From positions 576,001 to 640,000 of the forward strand of contig CAVYTA010000006.1 of NCBI GenBank assembly GCA_963771355.1: DNA of 64,000 nucleotides, written 5' to 3'. Below are positions 59,342 through 64,000 of this stretch, piece by piece. The first letter of the stretch is position 1; every line of letters begins with the position of its first letter. Below the pieces are notes generated by a model. That model searched no databases and had not been told where the DNA came from. It saw only the letters and a program-made list of their open reading frames with translations. The stretch is from an uncultured Candidatus Rokubacteria bacterium (GTDB lineage Bacteria; Methylomirabilota; Methylomirabilia; Rokubacteriales; CSP1-6). Both the position numbers and the translations under genes were made by a program.

Positions 59342-60616
59342 ATGGGCCGTCCCTTCCAGAAGGTCTCTCTGGCCGACGCGGTGGGACGTCTCCGCCCGGG
59401 CATGCGCGTATTGCTGCCGCCCGGCTGCGCGGATCCCCGCGCGCTCGTGGGCGAGATCCTCGCCCAGGCCGATCGTCTCGCCCCGCTCACCCTCATGGGA
59501 GGGCTCCGCGTGGACGACTATCCCTTCGCGGCGCCGGCCTACGCGGGCAAGCTGCGCTTCGCGACCTGGCACATGTCGCCCCGGCTGCGCGAGGCCGCCG
59601 CGCGCGGCGACGTGGAGTTCGTGGCCGCGCGCTATTTCGACACGGTACGCCTGTTCGCCGCGGGCGGCGCCTGGGCTCCCGACGCGGTGGTGGTCCACGC
59701 GGCGCCGCCCGACCGTGGCGGGTGGCTCTCGCTCGGAGTCTCGGTGAGCTACCCGCTGGTGGCCGCGCGGCGCGCGCCGCTGGTCATCGCGCAGGTGAAT
59801 CCGCGCATGCCGCGCACCCTCGGCAACGCGTTCCTCCACCGGTCCCAGGTGGACTGCTTCGTGGAGGTCGAGGAGCCGCTGGCGGAGTACCCGCCCACCG
59901 CGGTGGGGGAGGTGGAGCGGCGGATCGCCGCCCAGGTGGCCGAGCTCGTTCCCGATGGCGCCACCGTCCAGGTGGGCATCGGGTCCATCCCGCAGGCGGT
60001 GATGGAAGCGCTCGCGGGGAAGCGCGACCTCGGCGTGCATTCGCTCCTGGTCGACCACATGCTGCCGCTGCTCGAATCCGGCGCCATCAACAACTCCCGC
60101 AAGCGACTGCACCGGGGCCGGATGGACGTGGGCGAGATCATGGGCACCGCCCGGCTCTTCGCCTGGGCCCACGAGAACCCCGCCGTCAACATGGAGCCCT
60201 CCGACGTGGTGCACGATCCGGAGGTCGTCGGCGCGCTCGGGGACTTCGTCTCGGTGAACTCCGCGCTGGAGGTGGACCTGCTCGGGCAGGTCAATGCCGA
60301 GAGCGTGGGCGGGCGGCAGGTGGCGGGGATCGGGGGCCAGTTCGACTTCGTGCTCGGCGCGGCGCGCGCGACGGGCGGGCGCGCCATCATCGCGCTGCCC
60401 GCCACCGGCCGCGACGGGGCCGTCTCGCGCATCGTCCCCACCCTCGGCGCCGGGGCCCGGGTGACCTCGCCGCGCTTCCTGGCCGATTACGTGGTGACGG
60501 AGTACGGCGTGGCGACGTTACGGGGGAAGAGTGACGCCGGGCGGGCGCGGGAGCTGGCCCGCGTGGCCCACCCGGCGTGGCGCGATCAGCTCGAAGCGGC
60601 CGGAGTTACGTCTTGA
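59342..60616 (+). CDS. Acetyl-CoA hydrolase / 4-hydroxybutyrate CoA-transferase family protein
   Basis: QVNPRMPRT, DGATVQVGIGSIP, SVNSALEVDLLGQVNAE, GIGGQFDF, YVVTEYG. Confidence 0.9.
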   Translation: MGRPFQKVSLADAVGRLRPGMRVLLPPGCADPRALVGEILAQADRLAPLTLMGGLRVDDYPFAAPAYAGKLRFATWHMSPRLREAAARGDVEFVAARYFDTVRLFAAGGAWAPDAVVVHAAPPDRGGWLSLGVSVSYPLVAARRAPLVIAQVNPRMPRTLGNAFLHRSQVDCFVEVEEPLAEYPPTAVGEVERRIAAQVAELVPDGATVQVGIGSIPQAVMEALAGKRDLGVHSLLVDHMLPLLESGAINNSRKRLHRGRMDVGEIMGTARLFAWAHENPAVNMEPSDVVHDPEVVGALGDFVSVNSALEVDLLGQVNAESVGGRQVAGIGGQFDFVLGAARATGGRAIIALPATGRDGAVSRIVPTLGAGARVTSPRFLADYVVTEYGVATLRGKSDAGRARELARVAHPAWRDQLEAAGVTS

Positions 60617-60833
60617 GCTTATCGATGGCCGCGAAGATCTCGGCATCCTCGGGAAAGCGATACGTCTCCTGATTGTTGTAGACGCGCTGATTGTCGATGT
60701 CCACGAAGAAGACGCCGCCCATGCTCTCCTTGAGGTCGGCGGTGATCCCGTACTTTTCCTTGATGGAGGCCTGCAGACTGGAGGCCTGGGGGAGGTAGTT
60801 TCACTCGCCGCAGTACGTGATCTGGATCTTCAT
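60606..60833 (-). CDS. Rdx-family (SelW/SelT-like) selenoprotein with CxxU motif
   Basis: Manual translation MKIQITYCGE-U(TGA 60803-60801)-NYLPQASSLQASIKEKYGITADLKESMGGVFFVDIDNQRVYNNQETYRFPEDAEIFAAIDKLKT; SD AGGAGG; absent from ORF track. Confidence 0.88.
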
Positions 60834-60883
60834 CCGATCCTCCTCTCGAGTAATGTCTTCACCATGATACGGGGCGCCTGCCA

Positions 60884-61873
60884 ATGAGTCAATCGTCCCG
60901 GCCCGTGCTGATCGACACCGATCCCGGCATTGACGATGCGCTGGCGATTCTCCTCGCCTGGGGCCTGGCCGGCCTGCGTGTCGAGGCGATCTCGACGGTG
61001 GCGGGCAACGTGTCCGTGGATCTCGCCACCGTGAACGTGTTCCGCCTCCTCGAGGCCGCCCGGCCCATCCATCGTCCGCGTGTCGCGCGGGGCGCTGCCG
61101 CCCCGCTGCGACGACCGCTCGTCACCGCCACCCACGTCCATGGAGACGACGGGCTCGGTAACCTCGGCCGATTCCGCGAACCGGACGGCCGCCCGCGCTA
61201 CCCGAACCCACGCCTCGACCTTGAGACGCGGGATGGGGCCGATCTGATTCTCGAGACCGCCGGGCGCTTCGGCGAGGATCTGGTGGTCATCGCGCTCGGT
61301 CCCCTCACCAATGTCGCCCTGGCGCTGGGACGCGACCCCGCCCGGCTGCGCCGCATCGGCCGCCTCGTGGTCATGGGCGGCGCGGTGACGGTGGCCGGCA
61401 ATGTGACCCCGGCCGCGGAGTTCAACTTCCACGTGGATCCCGATGCCGCCCAGGCCGTGCTCGCGGGTGGCCTCCCGGTGGAGCTGATCCCCCTCGATGT
61501 CACCCGTCGGGTGACGCTGGGGCGGGCCGCTCTCGACACGCGCCTGCCCCCTCCGCGCGGTCCGCGCGGCCAGTTCCTCGAGGATTTCTCCGCTCACGGC
61601 TTCGCGTTCGGCGGCATGCGGGGCGACGGGGGCATCACGCTTCACGATCCGCTCGCGGTGGCGGTGGCGGCCGATCCCTCCCTGGTGGGGCTCGAGCCCT
61701 TGCACGTGCAGGTCGAGACAGAGTCGGATCTCACTCGCGGGCTGTCGCTGGCGGACCGGCGACCCGGCGCGCCCGAGGACCGCCGGCTCCCCAATTGCCA
61801 TGTCGCCCTCGCGGTGGACGCGCCCCGCGCCGTGGCCCTGACCCTGGAGGGGTTGTGCCGCGCGTGTGCGTAG
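60884..61873 (+). CDS. Inosine/uridine-preferring nucleoside hydrolase
   Basis: DTDPGIDD, TVAGN, HGDDGLG, LGPLTN, AEFNFHVDP, LHDP. Confidence 0.93.
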   Translation: MSQSSRPVLIDTDPGIDDALAILLAWGLAGLRVEAISTVAGNVSVDLATVNVFRLLEAARPIHRPRVARGAAAPLRRPLVTATHVHGDDGLGNLGRFREPDGRPRYPNPRLDLETRDGADLILETAGRFGEDLVVIALGPLTNVALALGRDPARLRRIGRLVVMGGAVTVAGNVTPAAEFNFHVDPDAAQAVLAGGLPVELIPLDVTRRVTLGRAALDTRLPPPRGPRGQFLEDFSAHGFAFGGMRGDGGITLHDPLAVAVAADPSLVGLEPLHVQVETESDLTRGLSLADRRPGAPEDRRLPNCHVALAVDAPRAVALTLEGLCRACA

Positions 61874-62772
61874 TCGGCTCCGCGAACGTGGACTACGCGG
61901 TCACCCTGCCGCGGCTGCCGCGCCCGGGCGAGACGGTGACGGGCGGGGAGCTTCTCCGGGATCTGGGCGGCAAGGGCGCCAACCAGGCGGTGGCGGCGCG
62001 CCGCCTCGGCGCCGAGGTACGGTTCCTCGGGGCGGTGGGCGCGGATTCCGCTGGCGAGGAGATTCGCGCCCGGCTCGCCGCGCTCGGCATCGGCGTGGAG
62101 GGGCTCGTCACGGTCCCGGCGCCCACCGGCGCCGCGCTCATCTTCGTGGACGCGGCGGGGGCGAACCAGATCGCGGTGGCGCCCGGCGCCAACCACGCGC
62201 TGTCCGTGGCGGCGCTGGCACCCCATGCCGAAGCGCTGGCGTGGGCCGAGGTGGTGGTCTGCCAGCTCGAGCTCCCGCTCCCGGTGGTGCGCTGGGCGCT
62301 GGCGGAGGCGCGGCGCCGAGGTGCCGCGACCATCCTCAACCCCGCGCCCGCCCAGGATCTCGACGACGAGCTCCTTCACCTCGTCCGCTATCTCACGCCC
62401 AATGAAGGCGAGGCGGGCCGGCTCGCGGGCGTCGAGGTGACCGGGCTCGAAACGGCGCAGCAGGCGGGGGACCGGCTCGTCGAGCGGGGCGCGGCGGTCG
62501 TGATCGTCACCCTGGGGGCCGACGGCGCGCTGGTCTGCGGGGGGAAGGGCCCCATCCACTATCCCGGCTTTCGCGTGACCGCGGTGGACACCACCGCCGC
62601 GGGCGACGCCTTCACCGGCGCGCTGGCCTCGGGCCTCGCCGCGTGGGGGTCCCTGGAGCAGGCCCTGCCGCTGGCGAATGCGGCGGCGGCGCTGACGTGC
62701 ACGCGTCCGGGCGCACAGGCCTCGCTCCCGGATCGCGCCGCCGTGGACCGCTATCTCCGGGAGCGGAGCTAG
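61855..62772 (+). CDS. rbsK: Ribokinase
   Basis: VVGSANVD, GGKGANQAVAA, NPAPA, PNEGE, DTTAAGDAF. Confidence 0.92.
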   Translation: MPRVCVVGSANVDYAVTLPRLPRPGETVTGGELLRDLGGKGANQAVAARRLGAEVRFLGAVGADSAGEEIRARLAALGIGVEGLVTVPAPTGAALIFVDAAGANQIAVAPGANHALSVAALAPHAEALAWAEVVVCQLELPLPVVRWALAEARRRGAATILNPAPAQDLDDELLHLVRYLTPNEGEAGRLAGVEVTGLETAQQAGDRLVERGAAVVIVTLGADGALVCGGKGPIHYPGFRVTAVDTTAAGDAFTGALASGLAAWGSLEQALPLANAAAALTCTRPGAQASLPDRAAVDRYLRERS

Positions 62773-63881
62773 CGCGCGATCCGGGCTCGCAGCGCCGCGA
62801 TCCGCACGAGGGCCGCCTCCACCGTGCTGCGGCGGAGCCGTCCTTCCGCGAGGGCCCGCCGCACCGCCGCCACCACTCGCACCGCCGCCCGCGGCTCCCG
62901 CCGCGCGTTGTTGTCCGCGATCAGGAGGATGTCCACCCCGGCGACGAGGGCCAGGAGGGCCGCGTCCTCCACCCCGTAGTGCTGGGTGATGGCGCCCATG
63001 AGGAGATCGTCCGAGACCACCACGCCCTTGAAGCCGAGCTGGGCCCGCAGGAGCCGTCGGACGGTATACCAGGAGAGCGAGGCGGGATGCCAGGCATCGA
63101 GGCGGCGGTTGAACACGTGTCCGAGCATGACGCTGTCGGCGAGCCCCTCCGCGATGAGGGCGCGATAGGGGGCGAGCTCCACGTCGAGGTCGGTGGTGTC
63201 GGTGACGTCGGTGAAGCCGTGATGGGAGTCCAGGCGGCTGCTGCCGTGCCCGGGGAAATGCTTGAGGGCGGTGAGCACCCCCGCGGCGTGCATGCCTCGG
63301 ACGAAGGCGCGCGCGTGCGCGGTGACCTCGGCCGGATCCCGCGAGTACGTGCGGCCCAGCGCGACCACCGCGGGATTGGCGGGGTTCACCGCCACGTCCA
63401 CCACCGGCGCGAGGTTCCAGTTGATGCCGGCCTCGCGCAGCCGCGCCCCCAGGCGCCGCGCGTCCAGCTCGGTCTGGGCCACGTCCCCGGAGTCGCCCAG
63501 CTCCTGGGCGGAGGGCGTGGCCGCATAGCCCGCGCGGGTAGAGAGGCGCATGACGCGTCCGCCCTCCGCGTCGGTGGCCACGAGGAGCGGCCGGCCCGCG
63601 CAGCGACGGGCCAGCGCCTGGGCGTCCGCGGTGAGGCGCGCGAGCTGCTCCGCGCCGGCGATGTTGCGGGGCTCGCGCGTGACGGCGTCGCGCTCGAACA
63701 GGATGAGGCCGCCGACCCGCACATCGCAGATGAGGGCGCGCAGCTCCTCGTTGCCCTCGACCTCGGTGCCCCGAAAGCCTACCAGCAGGAGATCGCCCAC
63801 CGCCAGGGGCGGTCGCCGGCTCGCGGCGTCGCCCGTCGTGGAGCAACCCGCGAGCACGGCGACGGCGGTGAGGGCGGGCAC
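62769..63881 (-). CDS. Glycoside hydrolase family 3, NagZ-like beta-N-acetylhexosaminidase, probable lipoprotein
   Basis: DAEGGRV.RL, NLAPVVD, KHFPGHGSSRLDSH, SDDLLMGA; LAGC lipobox. Confidence 0.9.
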   Translation of the reverse strand: MPALTAVAVLAGCSTTGDAASRRPPLAVGDLLLVGFRGTEVEGNEELRALICDVRVGGLILFERDAVTREPRNIAGAEQLARLTADAQALARRCAGRPLLVATDAEGGRVMRLSTRAGYAATPSAQELGDSGDVAQTELDARRLGARLREAGINWNLAPVVDVAVNPANPAVVALGRTYSRDPAEVTAHARAFVRGMHAAGVLTALKHFPGHGSSRLDSHHGFTDVTDTTDLDVELAPYRALIAEGLADSVMLGHVFNRRLDAWHPASLSWYTVRRLLRAQLGFKGVVVSDDLLMGAITQHYGVEDAALLALVAGVDILLIADNNARREPRAAVRVVAAVRRALAEGRLRRSTVEAALVRIAALRARIAR

Positions 63882-63949
63882 GAGCCAGCGTCGCGCGCGC
63901 CGAGCCGCTGCACAGGCGGGCCGCGCGGCGGGCCTCGACCGAGCCCCCG

Positions 63950-64000
63950 TCAGAACGCGCTCCGGACGGCCGCCACCAGCCGTCGCACGCGCTCGACGTC
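63950..64000 (-). CDS. C-terminal end of a gene entering from outside the window
   Basis: DVERVRRLVAAVRSAF followed by TGA; too short to assign. Confidence 0.5.
   Translation of the reverse strand, partial: DVERVRRLVAAVRSAF

Overview
A very GC-rich, gene-dense chromosomal window from a two-membrane bacterium (porin, MsbA, sigma-54, F420 genes; the gene mix resembles Candidatus Rokubacteria/Methylomirabilota, which is an inference). No rRNA, tRNA, CRISPR array or mobile element was seen. In order: (1) an F420 block (cofG, PPOX-class and LLM-class oxidoreductases); (2) a 21 kb nitrogen-scavenging island: sigma-54 activator, receiver protein, glnK-amtB-glnA, porin, ANTAR regulator, urtABCDE, ureABCEFGD, atzG/E/H-like genes and a stand-alone NtrC-type HTH; (3) a phosphate regulon (phoB-phoR, phoD, second phoB, pstSCAB-phoU) interrupted by an arsR-arsI-arsM cassette; (4) housekeeping and envelope genes. 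Best unannotated signals: five sigma-54 promoters, each with paired 17-bp TGCY-N9-RGCA NtrC-type boxes. One drives an ANTAR protein lacking the phospho-acceptor Asp, whose probable two-hexaloop RNA target is in the adjacent urtA leader. Another drives a 93-aa protein consisting only of an NtrC-like DNA-binding domain. Together they suggest a multi-layer nitrogen-starvation circuit. Also found: an Rdx-family CxxU selenoprotein missed by the ORF track, widespread leaderless genes, a probable ACG start codon, and single-base frameshifts in phoD and pstC.
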